Below, piece by piece: positions 34,771-48,062 of a stretch of 64,000 nt of DNA (positions are counted from its first letter, which is position 1; each line of letters starts with the position of its first letter). The DNA lies in NCBI GenBank assembly GCA_010093745.1, contig MU005964.1:186001-250000 (forward strand), written 5' to 3'. Under the pieces are notes generated by a model. The model made no database searches, was not told where the DNA came from, and saw only the letters and a list, made by a program, of their open reading frames with translations. Source of the stretch: Piedraia hortae CBS 480.64 (taxonomy: Eukaryota). The translations under genes were made by a program, and so were the position numbers.

Positions 34771-36426
34771 ATGCGCCATTCAACGCCTGTCAGAAGACTT
34801 TTAGCGAATACCCGACCGAGTTTCCGACACTGCTTTACTCCGTTATCAAGAGATATCGTTTCTAAAAACCTCTACAATTACTCAACCCAAGCTCCTCCTC
34901 CAGCAAAGCCCTACCGCGCCCGCCAACCAGATTCCTACCCAAGAGTCGAAGCAGGGCCCGCATCAGCCTCCTACCCTGCACCAGACGAGCTCACATGGCG
35001 CGACTACGATCCCATAGGCGGGATGCCTTTCGCCGTGGCAGACCTCTCCTCCTCCGAAATAAGCAACGTCTTCGACACCAACATGCCTGCTGAAAAAGGG
35101 AACTACATCCTAAAAGTCCTCCACTGGCGCCGCATGTCCGGCGCTCTAATCGACGTTGGGTTAGACTTTCCCCCCGAACAGCACGTCTCGCGGGACGATG
35201 CCCTCAAGGGCCTAACCTACCTACGCAACTTAGACCCCACCTTCGATGAAGAAGCCGCAGCGCAAGTCTGGGTCGAGGAAGAAAGCCTCCGTCTAACCGA
35301 CCGAATCGCGAAACGCGCACAAGAATTAGGATTATACCAAAAGGAAGGTCCAGCCCCCGCGGTAGCGGGCGAAGCAGAGCAAACATCCATCTACGGCGAA
35401 AGCGCACTCACAAGACTAGTTGCCGCCAACCGTGCAAAAGCAGAATTCGAAGAATCGCTCCGCGAAGCGAAACGCCTGGCAGACGAAACATCCGCACTGC
35501 ACGCAGCACGAGGACCGCTCCACCTCCTCGGCGGGGTTCAGCCTAGCATATCCCTTTCACGGGGATTACTCGGCGGGTTAACGATCCGCGAAGCACCACA
35601 ATCGGGTTCTCTAATCCCAAGCACGAAACCTAAGTGGATAGAGAAATACGAAACCTCATCTCAGACGATCAAAGAGGGGGATGCTATCCCCGAAACTTCA
35701 TCACTAAAACGCCTCGCGCCAGCGTTCTTACTCACCCTCGCGGTCGTCTATGCGGCCACGAGTCTAGCGGAGGGATATACCCCTCCCCCCTCCAGCGCGC
35801 GGGTATGGCCGGATACAGACCCTGCGAAAGCGACTCTACTCACCTTATCCTCCGCGCTAGGCGGAGCGTTTATCCTATCCCGTCTCCCGCCGGTGTGGGG
35901 GATGGTGAATAGGTATTTCACCATCGTGCCCGCGAAGCCGTATGCTGTTTCTCTCCTCGGCGCGTGCGTGAGGCATGATACGCTCTCGCATGTGGCGACG
36001 AATGTTGCGGCGTTGTGGCTTGTTGGTTTGCCGCTGCATGAGGAGGTGGGGAGAGGTGCGTTTGTTGCGGTTTTTGCGGCGTCCGCGTGTGTGGGCGGGT
36101 TTGTTTCGCTTGCGGCGCTGGTGTTGAGGCGGCAGTGGGCGAGTTATGTCTTTGGGTCGAGTGGTGCTATTTTGGGACTCGCAGGGGCGAGTGTGGGAAT
36201 ACATCCCGAGGGGAGGATGAGGGCGTTTGGGTGGGAGTGTCCGGTTCCGAATTGGGGGGTTTTGCTTGCGTTTGGGGGATTGGAGGGCCTTGCTGCCGCG
36301 GGGTTGGGTGGGAGGTTGCTTGCTAGTAGAGTGGGGATTGATCATGTTGGGCATTTGGGTGGGTTAATTGCTGGGTTTGGGTTGGTGAGATATCTCACTC
36401 TAAAGAGAGAGAATGGAGAGAGGTGA
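34771..36426 (+). CDS. Mitochondrial rhomboid serine protease (Pcp1/PARL-like)
   Basis: Presequence, H...SH...N, catalytic GSSG and DHVGHLGG, with multiple transmembrane segments. Confidence 0.88.
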   Translation: MRHSTPVRRLLANTRPSFRHCFTPLSRDIVSKNLYNYSTQAPPPAKPYRARQPDSYPRVEAGPASASYPAPDELTWRDYDPIGGMPFAVADLSSSEISNVFDTNMPAEKGNYILKVLHWRRMSGALIDVGLDFPPEQHVSRDDALKGLTYLRNLDPTFDEEAAAQVWVEEESLRLTDRIAKRAQELGLYQKEGPAPAVAGEAEQTSIYGESALTRLVAANRAKAEFEESLREAKRLADETSALHAARGPLHLLGGVQPSISLSRGLLGGLTIREAPQSGSLIPSTKPKWIEKYETSSQTIKEGDAIPETSSLKRLAPAFLLTLAVVYAATSLAEGYTPPPSSARVWPDTDPAKATLLTLSSALGGAFILSRLPPVWGMVNRYFTIVPAKPYAVSLLGACVRHDTLSHVATNVAALWLVGLPLHEEVGRGAFVAVFAASACVGGFVSLAALVLRRQWASYVFGSSGAILGLAGASVGIHPEGRMRAFGWECPVPNWGVLLAFGGLEGLAAAGLGGRLLASRVGIDHVGHLGGLIAGFGLVRYLTLKRENGER

Positions 36427-36557
36427 AAGTGTATACATAGCTGTGAATGCAGAACTTTTCAAAATCGACAAAGCCAGCAGATGAATGTGTCAAACAAATT
36501 AAAGTACAATAGGTATCTCGCAAGCACCGCAAACAATTATCCATTATGAACACCATC

Positions 36558-38382
36558 CTAAGCCGAAGCCGTCACCGTAGGTTGAGTCTTGACTTCATTT
36601 TGAACTTCTGGTTGAGCAGATACACCTCCCTCAGTAGGGCGTGGGGCTTCTGTGAGCTGAGCGGTCTCCGTAGGAGCAGCATCCTTGACAGGCGCGCTGT
36701 CCGTAGCAGCAGCTTCCGCCGGGCGAACCGCTTCAGATGTCGTCTCAGCTGTGCCAGAGACAGGCTGAGCCACGGCAGGCTCAACCGGCTTCGTCTCCTT
36801 GGCCTCGTTTTGCGGCTGAAAGTTCCTAAACGCCTTGCTAGCACGACGTCCCAAACCGCCAAACATGCTCTGCCGCCTGTCTTCCTCGTCTGGCTTAACG
36901 TCGCCCGAGGCTGTACGCTTGTTAATGAACGGGAGGCCTGCGAAGAAGCCCTTGGGCTCAGGCTTTGTCTGGGCATCAGCTACCGGAGTGGTTTCCTTGA
37001 GGTCCGGCGTCTCCAGGGCACTGGGCGAGTCAACAGTATTCGTAGCCTCAGCAGGAGAAGCCTCTGACTCCACTGGCTTTGTTTCGACAGGGTTCGCTTC
37101 GATCGGCTTCGTCTCTGGCATCTTGAGTTCAGCCTCCTTAATGTCCTTTTCCCTCGCAGGGCTCTTGAATCCGGAACCAAGACGACCAAAGAAAGATGTC
37201 CGCTTGGCAGCCTTGCTCGTCTTGCCCTCAATGGGCGTCTTGGGCTCAATAGGGGTGACGACTTCTGGAGTGTCCGCGGCCGCGGGTGATTTGGAGTCGG
37301 CGACCTTGGGGATTTCAGACGTCGTTGGGGCATCCACTACGGGAGCAGCAGCAACACGCTCAGCTGTTAACGTTAGACATGTTCCATCGAACGATGAATT
37401 GACTCACCAGTGCTGGCAGGATCGAACGCCGGCTCCATCGCCGCAGGCTCAGCGACCTCGGCCTCCTTTTTGGCCTCCTCATCTTTCTTGTTGCGGAAAC
37501 GATCAAGAACACCACCGCGCGAAGCTGAGCGGCTCTTGTGCCGCCTCTCATCGTTCTTGACACGGCCCGGGCCGCCAGACGTTAAAGCAGCGCCGACAGC
37601 GCCACCCGCTGCAACAGCTTCACCGACGTGAGACTTCTCAGTAGGGTTCAGCTTCTTCAACTCGCTTTGGTATCCTTCAGAGTTGAGCACCGTGTCTTTG
37701 TCCAAGCGCGCCTGCTCCATGGCACGCTCCAGCGACATGAACCAACCATCACGCTCGACATCGTTGGCTGCCTTGAGAACGTGCTTGTGACCTGCGATCT
37801 CCATAATGATCTCGTGCGGCGCTCCCTTCCGAATCTCGGTGGCATCGTACAGAGGCATCACTCCATGGGGCATCGACTTGTCAACATCGTCCTTCTTGTT
37901 GAAGAACAGGAGACCACGACCTGTTTGGCTCGCCCAAGCTGCAATAGGGCCTGAGACATCTGGCTTCTCGCCTCGCATGTAGAGGTGGAGGTTTTGTGTA
38001 GCCACAGCATCATTACTGAGCCAGAAATGGCGCTTTGGGGGAATCAAAGATCTGTTCGTTAGCAAAATCCTGCGGGATCTTCGCACCCGACTTACTTGAG
38101 CACACCCACACCGGGGCCTTTGTATGCCAAAAGTCCTTCAGTGATAGGCTCCGCTGCGACAACCTTGGCTGGCTCTGCGGCGGCGGTTTCTGGCTTCACT
38201 TCGGGCTTTTCCTCTACAGGCTGCTCGGAGGAAGCGCCGTTGGTAGGGTTGAGGTTATCTGCCGCCGTGGCGGAAGTGGTAGCATTGGCTGTCGTCTCCG
38301 CCGGTGTGGCCATGGTCTCGGCCGTCTGCTCTGCAACTGGCTCGCTAGCGGAAGCGGTTGTGGTAGGCGGAAGATCAGCCAT
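36558..38382 (-). CDS. PH-domain protein (Meu6-like) with Ala/Glu/Pro/Thr-rich tails
   Basis: ITEGLLAYKGPG...HFWLS, AWASQTGRGLLFF and ERDGW. Introns 38095-38052 and 37407-37364 join three ORFs. Confidence 0.8.
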
Positions 38383-39113
38383 TGCGGGATTAGAGGTGTG
38401 CAGAGGAAAAACTGGAAACAGAGAAGAAGTTGTGGAAGAAAAAAAAAGTTGTGAGACGTGGAGCGAAAGGGGAGGGGGCTTGAGCGCAGAGGCCACCGAC
38501 CGCCTTTTTCCCTTTTTCCAATTTGTCGTCGGGGAAATTACGCGAGCCGGGATTGGTCTGAGCTGCTCGTGGAGGTATAGTGAAGTACAGAAATAACCAA
38601 AAAGCGCAAGGGACACTGAGAATATCCCCCCCCTTCAACGAAATTCAGACAGCTTGGACCCTGACATGGGGTTGACTGATAGACATTGGCTAAAATTACA
38701 CAACCGTTCATCAATCAACGTCCACTAATCGCCGACTTAGTGCAGGGTCCTGGCCCGCCTGACACCCTAGCGTGACTGGTGCAAGCCACGTGTAACCTCA
38801 CATGAACCTATTTCGCAAAACGTTGATTGCTATAAGCGATTCTCACAGAAAGCTTGTAGCCTCGGACACCCTCTGGTTGCAGCAGGCGACGTGTGATATG
38901 AGCAGTGTCAGACGGCTATCCACCTCAGAGTCTGAACCATGTCCTCGGACAATATCGAAACGGAAAAAGGTAAAGAATTTTTTGACGCACGGGAGCGGCC
39001 CGCATCTCCGTGTCGTCGCCTTGTCACCCCACCACACCAAAACCGTTTAGAAGCATGTGCAGGATGCAATATCGCAATGTTCACATAGACAAAGAAGTAT
39101 ACATTATGTGCAT

Positions 39114-42071
39114 TTAACCGAGATGACTGGTTTTGGAATATTCGCTCACCATGCCCCGAAGACTCTCTATTCTCTCACCCGCCGCTCTCAGACCCAGCTT
39201 CATAATCTCTGCAGCGAGATCAGCGTCTCCGGTTCTAATCTCATCCCACTTCATAGGTGTCAGTTCCCAGGCGATGCTTTCACGTTCTGCAAGAAGCGTT
39301 TCCCCCTGTTCAGTGCCCGAAAGGAGTGCAGTTTCACCACAAGATGTCCCCGCCATGACGCTTTCATGATGTTGCTCTCCCGATTCCTCGTAGTCTGCTT
39401 GTAAAACACCCGACTGAATGATGAAGAGGCTTCCTTGTTCACCTTTGCGGTATACAACCTCGCCGGGGTTCAATTGACGACGACGTAGATATGGCACGGC
39501 CCGAGCCCAAAACTCGGCATTTCGTTCACTGGTGCGGCCAAAGGCTTGAGTTAGAGCTGCCAACGGCTGTATGTCCGGTTCGAGGTCTCTTGTTTCTGCA
39601 ATGGCCGTCGTGGCAGCTTGCTGAAGCAGCTGTTGTCGCAGAGATGCAGCCATAGCTGGAGTGGATGATCTTCGGCGCTTGATTGGGACTGCTTTGGATT
39701 GGGGTAGTTGCCGCTCCATTAGAACTCGTAAAAGCTCGTTCTCGCACGCTTCCAATGCCCCATTGAGATCTTCAAATACCCCGGGGGGCGGAATCTCTCC
39801 ATCCTCGAATAATCCAACCATGACCAAGCTACGGCCCACATCGCCCTCTAGCCGCACGCTGGAGAGAAGCATACGCACATCTCTTCGGTGGAGGATGCGG
39901 TTCATCCGATTAAACGCTTCGGCCGCCGAGAAATCAATGCCCGTAACTAGTCCAAAGTCCAGAATCAAGAACCTTATTGGCTCAGCAGCAAAGGCCTCAG
40001 CGTCAATGAGTGCACGCACTTGTTTCTCGACGGCCACAATGGATCCGAAAAACAGGTAGCCACCCAGCTTCAAAACGCGTGTTTGCGCCCCTGCCCGCCG
40101 GAGGTAGTGTCGCTGCCGTGCCTGCCTACGGACCGCGGACGCTGCACCCGCGCCGGAAAACTGTGCTCGAACAACGCTTGTTCGCGATGTCTGAACGACG
40201 TAGACCAAGCATGCCAAGCCGATGCCAACTCCAATGCCGACGACGAAGTCGTACATTCCCATTACCACCGCGATGATCACAAGGGTGCCGTACTCAAGAT
40301 TGTCCAATTTGCCATACGTGCCGACCAAGGCCTCCACCGCGAGATCAATACCCAGATAGTAAATCAGCGTCCCAACCACCATGACAGGCACGAATCCAAT
40401 GACCCGTGGCCCCGCCACCCACAGCCCGGCCGTGGCAGCCGCAAGTAAGACCCCTGCGGCGCGGCTGTTTCCACCCGTTTCCATGAACAGTGCACTGTTC
40501 ACGAAGACGAGATAGTTTTGGATACTTCCAAGTGCACCCGACAAGGTGTTGGACACGCCATGCACGATCAATTCCCGATTGATGCTCACGTTATCTTCCT
40601 GTACCACCAAGGCCAAGTTTGGCACATTGATTGGCACATGCAGGATACCGAAAAAGGTCAGCGCCAGCTGCGATGGAATCGTAGTCCAAATCGCGCCCCA
40701 ATCAACCAGCGAGAAGTTGTAGAGCGTGTAAAAATGGTAAAAGGGCACGCCAGCAGCTGGTGCTTCAAACACCCAACCCGATGCGCGCAGCTTGTCCATG
40801 GTAATAGCTGGTACAGCAGTGGTGATGATGTAGAAGATTACGGTGATGGCAATGTAGTACGCCGGTACAAGCCACGGACGATCGTAGCGTCGCTTGACCG
40901 CCCACAGCAAGACAGCCAAGGCAAATGGAGGGATCCATAACGGTATGGTGTCTGGCGCAAGCAAGCGTCGGAGAGTCGGCTCTGTAAACTCCAATCCTTT
41001 ATCGAGACGAGCAGAAACTTCTATCCCGGTAACGAAGAGGAATATTCCAACCCCGCCTATACAGCCCGTCAATATGCTATGGGGGAAAAAATTGACTAGC
41101 GTGCCAAGACGTGCACTGCCAAGAATGAGGAATATGAGGCCGGTCATGATCGAGCTCATGGCGTAGGATGCGATGGTGGTGGCTCGCAATGCATCTGGTC
41201 TGTCGGTGCCCATACGGGCCATGATCAAATAGGTCATCTTGTGGAAAAAAGGCACAACTTCGATCATCTCGGATCCAACACCACCTCGAAAAATGCTGCC
41301 CGCAGAGCAGGTTAGTTGTGCAATTATGCAACTGACATAGAACATTGACACCCCATCTGGTCCAAGGTCTGCAAAGGCTTCTTCGCCTAGGGGGAAAAGA
41401 ATGATCCCATAGGACAATGCATCGAGCAAGTTGAGCAGAACTCCCAGAAACACGGCTGGAAACATGCCGATCGTGCGTATGATTATGGCCCAACCTTTGA
41501 TTCGCAACGACTGTAGTTCAGGTCTGCGCCAGGTTGGTTGTCGCTCAACAGAAGAGATTGAGTCGTAGGTTGACTGAGCAAGCCTGTCATTTCGCTGGGC
41601 CCTAGGGGGGGGATAGTGTGCATGATTCTGGCTGTGGATAGACGGCCGTCGGGCACGGGGCAGTAGCGGAGAAGCCTCTGTATCTTCATCCTCTACGGCT
41701 TCCACTATGGAATCTGGCGGGAGCTGTGGCGATTCCGGGCACGCAGTCGGTGTATCGCTTCCAGCGAGCTCCCTTGTCATGAATGAGGACGAGATCTCTG
41801 CAGATTGCTCTCGCACGCCAGTAGAGGCATATTGAACCATTTCTGATTGCGTCAGTGCAGTAACACTCATTCACGCAGAATCCATACCGGGTCCACGATT
41901 TCCCGCGTGAATGTACGATCTGCTTGGTAAAGTGTAGGAAGTCGAGAGTCCATGACTTGTGGATGTCGCTCTCGCTCTTGGCATGGGCACACTGCGGATT
42001 GATGCCTCAGCATCAGCGTCGTTGTATCTTCCTTGCCGCCGCAGCGACTGCCGGTTTAGTTTCCTCGACAT
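39114..42071 (-). CDS. SLC26/SulP transporter with STAS and cNMP-binding-like domains (Vsb1/YGR125W-like)
   Basis: LLNLLDALSYG, GSEMIEVVPF, GIDFSAAEAF (STAS) and a C-terminal cNMP-like domain. Intron 41887-41843 (GTATGG...CAG) adds the N-terminal exon. The 3' end may contain a further intron. Confidence 0.88.
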
Positions 42072-42373
42072 CGCCTCTATTTTTCTATCCCATGACAACC
42101 ACAACCGAAATTCGAAGTCTTTAACGTCGCGCTGGGCTTGCTCGGCGCGGCCCGCACCTGTAGGCAACGCATTTTTACCGGGGGAGCACCGCAGATTGAC
42201 CCCTGCAGCTGTCATGTTGCACAATGCGGGGTAGCTTGGGACCGCAATCCATTACCGGTAACTACTATGCAGCTCTGCCGCGAAGTTGATAGTTAGCCAT
42301 AACAGACGTTCACAGAGCAATCCGACAGGTGGCACCTGATGCGAGACCAGAACACTGGCCAGCTAGTCTACAG

Positions 42374-43119
42374 CTACACTATGTTAATGCCCTCTTCTGC
42401 AGCAGTACGAACAATGTAATCACGAACATTTTTGTCCGGTGCAAGGTCCAGAGCCAGAGTGTCCTGGTTATCCTCCTTGTCAAACTCCGCACCTGCCTTT
42501 AACAAAGCCACAGCTGTTGTTCCATGGCCCTCGGCAATGGCATGGTGCAGTGCTGTACAACCATCAACATCGGTGGCGTTGATAGGACTCGTGTGCTCTA
42601 AAAGCAACTTCACAATCGGCAAGCAACCAACAGCTGCTGCACGATGCAGGGCAAGTTGGCCACGTTTATCTTTCACCCGGGCTGAAGCTCCATGCTCAAT
42701 CAGTTTCCAGGCAATATCAGAGTTTGATTTCGAAGAGGTAAAGTGCAGTGCTGTTTGCCCGTTGTTGGTTTTAGTGGTAGCATCAGCACCCCGATTGAGT
42801 AGCAGGTCCACCATCTTCTCACCATCCTTTAAACTCGCTGCCATCATTAGACAGGTCCACCCAATTCCGTCCTGAGCATCCACATCGAACCCTTTTTGGT
42901 CCGCTAAGAGCTCGATAATGTCTAATCGATTGTTTGACGCCGCCCAATGCTGTGGTAAGCGGTCATCATCATCGCGAACGTTGAGCAAGCCTGGATTGGC
43001 GATCAAAAGAGATTCTACTACTTTGACTGAATTTGCATAAGCCCAGTCTCAAAGATTATGAGTTCAGTCTTACTTTGACCATCGCGGGCCGCCGTGTGGA
43101 TAGCGTATTTGTCGTCCAT
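42374..43119 (-). CDS. NAS6: Ankyrin-repeat proteasome assembly chaperone (Nas6/gankyrin-like)
   Basis: MDDKYAIHTAARDGQ, intron 43073-43027, then successive ankyrin repeats (GWTCLM, GQTALH, GQLALHRAA, GCTALHHAIAEGH). Confidence 0.8.
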
Positions 43120-43134
43120 TTCATGTCTTTTGCA

Positions 43135-46100
43135 TCATACAGCTTCCCTGCGCGACTTGACGTCACCCTCTTCACGTGATGTGATCCGCACACCCAGCGA
43201 GTTTTTCTCGTCTAGGAACACTCCAGGGCCTCCTGGGTGTACCCTCAGTTGCTTTTGGTAGTAACTGTCCACAACCTGAAGCTGTGGCCAGATGATTGCC
43301 ACCTCGCTGTGCAGCATAAGTCGGTATTCAACGCACAAACGACTTAATGGTGAAAGACTCAGTGCCCGGAACTTAGGTCCACCAAATGCAAAATCATCGT
43401 TTGCTTCCATAGTCAAGGCAAAGGTGAGGAAGTGCATCGACAAGTTCTCCAAATGATAACGAAGTACAACCAATCCACCTGGTTGCATGTCGGCAAGGGT
43501 GCAGAGCACTCGGGGCTCTGAGCTAGGGAGGCTGAGACGTGGAACAGGGAAACGGGTTACCACCATTTTGTCTTCTTCATTTCGGGACCATGCAACATCG
43601 ACAGATAAGCCCAGGTTGTTGGACTTTCTGTCATCCAGGGATTTCTTTCGTGTAATAAATTCCAGTTCTGCATCCACGGCTTCTCCAATCTGCAACCTTT
43701 GTTTGTCAAAATGTATAGTGACGGGCTCGTAGAGGCTGCCCTCGCCCACAGTCTCAGCAACTATTGTTGCGTCATGTAGTATAAGGTCTTCTTGTGCGGT
43801 TGAAGCAAAGTGGCAGGCTAATCGCCACTGTTGCTTGATGCCATCTGCTTCTGCGTCTATGCTGAAATAGTTGGGCCAGTCTTCTGAGTGCAACAGTGGT
43901 CCAATGGTATATGTGGGTGCAAAGGGCAGAACGAATCCCAGTGCTAGCGTCACGGTCTTGATAAGTGGCGTATCGGGATCCGATTCGAGCGTGTATCTGG
44001 CTTCAAGCTTGAGCGTGATAGTAGTTGCTGCACGCGACGCCATAAGAGCGATTGTGCCTTGATATTCGCTATCAGCTGCAAGGTCGAGAGCCAAACCATT
44101 ATCGTTCACGCCAACCCACTGGGCAGAAGGAGGATCCGGAAGTGGCGAGGAAAGAGAAATTTTGGCATGTCCAGCAATCGGCTCCGCTTCCCCATTGACA
44201 AAGTCAACCGTTATGCAAACACGCTCGTCTGTGTAATACTCTTGATGAACATTGGTGGAGATTTCAAGTTTTGGAGGTTTGGGCAGCACAAAAATGGCCG
44301 CAGTTTCCACACGTTGTAGTGCTCGAGGCACAAATACACCATTTTTTTCAGTGTAAACAAAGGGCGAGCTCATCAACTTCTCATCTGTGAGAGTATGTAC
44401 CAGACAAAATTTGTCATTATCGTACACCACTCGAGCACTCTGCAGTTTCACCACTGCGGACTCTTTGAACGTCCTCTGGAAGGTAATGATACGCATTTGG
44501 TCAGGTCGGAGCACCAGGTCCGCCTGTATTGTATCTTGGTGTTCGATGCCCTTTTCCTGACTAATAGCTATGTGCTGGTCGCCAAGCGTAAGGTCAATCT
44601 GTTTGATACTGATCGGCACCGAGCCCTGGGCGGCGTGAGATTTGATGATCAGCTGGCACTCAAGGGGCTCGGATACATGAGCCTCATCGTCTACGAACGC
44701 GAACAGCACCTCGATTGAGCTTAGACGGCGCTTGTTCACGATCTCGGCAGAGATTTTCTGAGACGCCAGATTCTCACTCGAGAGAAATTTGGCCAGATCC
44801 TTTACGGGTGGAGATGGCAGAGATAGGTACTCCCAAGCCGCAAGAAAAGCCGTGTCTGACTTTCCAGTCTTGATGGCACATTGCATCAGAATGGTAAGGA
44901 GCCGGGCGAACAGTTTATTCCAGCCATCATTCCGCCACGAGCATGTATCCCAAACTGGATGAAGGACTTCCATAGCGTGGGCATATTGGCCCAGTAGGGC
45001 AAGCTGAGCAGCCAAGGCAAGCCTCCCTTGTTCAACGAATCGTACCTGGTTGCGAGCAGCAAACTCATTGCACGCCCCAACAGCCAATTTTTCGAAGTGT
45101 GAAGCATGATCGTAGCCATTGCCGGGAAACTCTTCATGCGGTTCTGGCACTAAATATGTGTCGTAAGTTCGCGCTCGCTGTGCTACAACAGAGGCAGATG
45201 ACTGTGCTGGCGGTATCTGATCCTCCTCTGGTATCGCCAAAGCTTTTTCCAGGCGGGTCTGAGCAGTCAGGAAAGCTAATCGAAGCCAGTAGCCAGCGTG
45301 ATGAAGCAGATGGAAGGGCTGCTGGCGATCCGATGGCGTTTCGGATGGAGCATATACCTGTAATCGATCCGAGCCGTCTGTTACGGACTGCAGCGTAGAA
45401 AGAGCAGCGCGTTGTATTAGCTGTGCCATGATCTGATCCCACCGAGACTCCCAGGCATACCATCCGTACTGTTGCGATCCTTTACCGCGGCGATCAATCA
45501 AGTCCCTCATACGAATCTGGTACTGCTCGTGATATACGGCTGCAACTGTCGTGAGTCTAGCCCACAGAAAACAACGAATGGCACGCAATGCCATACAGTC
45601 ACACAGCAGTCGGGCCTCGCTCCAGCGAGGCGACCAGCTAGCCGTTGTTTCGAAGACGGCTTCTGAGCCAAACATGTCATTGACGGCAGTGGAATAGTGG
45701 CGTCCAGCAACGTCCATTTCCTGTCGAAATTCGGCAAAGACAGCACGCTTGATCTCGTATCTGATGTTCCAGTCGGGTGAGACGCCCTGTGTTTTCTTCC
45801 TCTTTGCATGCTTGCTAAGGTCACGATAGTAGTCCAGCACAAGCGGCTGTAGTGTGGAGAGCATGCTCTCGATGAACGTCGCTCTCTCGTTATGCGACGA
45901 CATTGGAGGCATGAAGAAGAAACCCGTTTTGTGGTCCAGTCCCGTGTTCCTTCGAATGTCAGAAAGCTGGTCTTCGATCTCAGGTGCATGTAAGATGCCA
46001 GTGTCGCTCAGCAGCACCGCGGCAAATCGAGTTTTGTAACCTGAGCGAGCTATAGCCGATTTTAACGACATTATATCGGTCTGAATTTGGTCATTGGGCG

Positions 46101-46646
46101 AGCTATCAACTTGGAAAAAGGCGAGAATCAGCGCAGGAACCTGTTGCTGATGCTTGGAGAACCAAAGCGGCGTCATGAGTCCATCGTGATAGATTGGCGA
46201 GCCGGGTGAAAGAGGAGATAGGGGAGAATGCAAGTCGGTGCCCTTGGGCTGGCCTACAGGCGGGCTGGAAAAGGCCTCAATCGAAGGCGCTTGGGGTAGC
46301 GGAGCCGCCTTCCGGGGCGGGAGCACATAAGTCTAGCCAAATCAGAGACGAGCTACATAGGTTACCTCGCTGCCGTACCTACCCTCCCGATTGCCTTCAT
46401 ATGAAAGGCCAAATGACGAGGCGGCGGCGGTAATGAAGCCTGATTCCACGACCGATCACGCCCGTCAAATGCCATGAAATGCTCGAGCAGCTGACGAGCG
46501 CGGTCGCCGCGGCATTCCTCGGAATATGAGACTAGCTTGGTGCCGTTCTCGTTCGTGGGTGAGGTCGGCCCATGTGGTTCACCGAGACCTGAGAGCAGGA
46601 CCAGTGGAAGATCGTGGTCGACATACTGAGGGGGGTAGGTCTCCAT
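43135..46646 (-). CDS. TRAPPC11: TRAPPC11 / Gryzun / foie gras-family trafficking protein
   Basis: METYPPQYVDHDLPLVLLSGLG, LHSPLSPLSPGSPIY.DG, YYRDLSKHAKRK and FAEFRQEMD. Intron 46382-46333. Confidence 0.88.
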
Positions 46647-46904
46647 CTTGGTCGTCTTGGTTAAGGATTCATGTCATGATTGCTCCCACCGCTGTCTGTT
46701 GAGGTGATGTTCTGTGGGTCCGAGCGCGGCCACAACGACGCGATCGCGGGGCTGGATATCTAGAAATCCGAGACGCCAATAATATTGCTCTCGTAAAGCG
46801 CATTCAACCGCAAGAACAAAAACTGTTTAGCAGCGAAATCCGTTTAGACCACTTGTCCCATCCGCCAAAGCCTGGACAGATTGTCGAGCGGCTGTCAATC
46901 GGAA

Positions 46905-47211
46905 ATGTCAACAAAGCTTCCCGATGATGTTAAACGAGCTGCCGCAAGAGAGACGATTGATATTCTCTACGAAATCAGCACACTTTTGGTATATCAATCG
47001 AACCCAAGAATCATCCGATCGTCTAACAATCAAACAGAACACCCAACTCGACCGCAAGAGCCTCTCATATTGCGTCAGCCTGATAGAGAATGGAGTTGAC
47101 CCTGAAGCGCTCGCAGTAAGTCTACCAGCAAGTCTGTAGCTTCACATTAACCCGAAGCAGCATGTAATCCTAACTTTGCGGCAACGACATCCCGAGATGG
47201 CCATGGGCTGA
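46905..47211 (+). CDS. MZT1: Mitotic-spindle organizing protein 1 (MOZART1)
   Basis: AARETIDILYEISTLL|NTQLDRKSLSYCVSLIENGVDPEALA|HVI. Introns 46989-47037 and 47116-47160. Confidence 0.93.
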
Positions 47212-47244
47212 TACACGTCAATGAATGACAATAGAAGATACCCA

Positions 47245-47685
47245 TTACGAATTCCCAATTTCAATGTCCATCAACCCGCCTCCCTCGTTCTCCCCATCAT
47301 CCTCATCCTTTTCCACATCTTCAAACGTCAAGTCATCCCCGTAAGAAACACATAACTCCTCACCCTTCTCAATATCCCTCAATGCAGTATACGTTATAGT
47401 TTGTTTCTCTAAATTACGCATCCACCCGACATTCTGATTCCTTCTCGAATGGTTGAACAGCGAGCCCAGACCAAAGACCACCGCTTGGCATATAGTGGCA
47501 GGGTCTGACCCAGGCCAGTGATAGGTATAGTGCCATAGTTGTGTTTTCCGGATGAATTCCTCTTCAGAGGAGGGGAGTACAAGTACCGGACAGGTATCGA
47601 TTATTGTACCAGAGGGGATGGGTTCGTTGGCGTATATTGCGCGACCTTTTTGGAAAGTAGAAATGGTTGGTCTTTGTGCGATCAT
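47245..47685 (-). CDS. Small SET-domain lysine methyltransferase
   Basis: KGRAIYA, GSLFNHS and DIEKGEELCVSYG SET motifs. Confidence 0.9.
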   Translation of the reverse strand: MIAQRPTISTFQKGRAIYANEPIPSGTIIDTCPVLVLPSSEEEFIRKTQLWHYTYHWPGSDPATICQAVVFGLGSLFNHSRRNQNVGWMRNLEKQTITYTALRDIEKGEELCVSYGDDLTFEDVEKDEDDGENEGGGLMDIEIGNS

Positions 47686-48062
47686 TTAAGCGTAGGGCGT
47701 TCTATTTACCTTTGGGTGTGTCTGAAACGAGATGAATGTTGCTGCTGCGCTGGAGAACTGTACAGTTTGTGTTGCTTGTCATTGTGTTGGGCGGCTCCTG
47801 GTGTAAGATGCTTTCGAATACCATGAAGACACTGTGGGAAGCTATCCCGACGGTATCTGTATTTACAGTTATGGTATCTCTACAGCGCACGACATTGGTC
47901 AAGATGTGGAGGGGCACGGTAACAGTGGCAAATATCTGTGTGGGGAAAATCCGGGGTTTGGTTTAAAGTCTTGGCAGCCACCACAGCGAACTACTCAAGC
48001 TCCTCGAAGCGGTCCTCATCCCTAATGGCAGGCTGCGATGCAGTGAATCTGGCACGACCAGA

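Noticed and set aside
29970..43119. Proteasome or trafficking gene cluster (SEM1, TMA17-like, NAS6-like; two TRAPP subunits)
   Set aside because: The genes are scattered over tens of kb among unrelated genes, which is compatible with chance.
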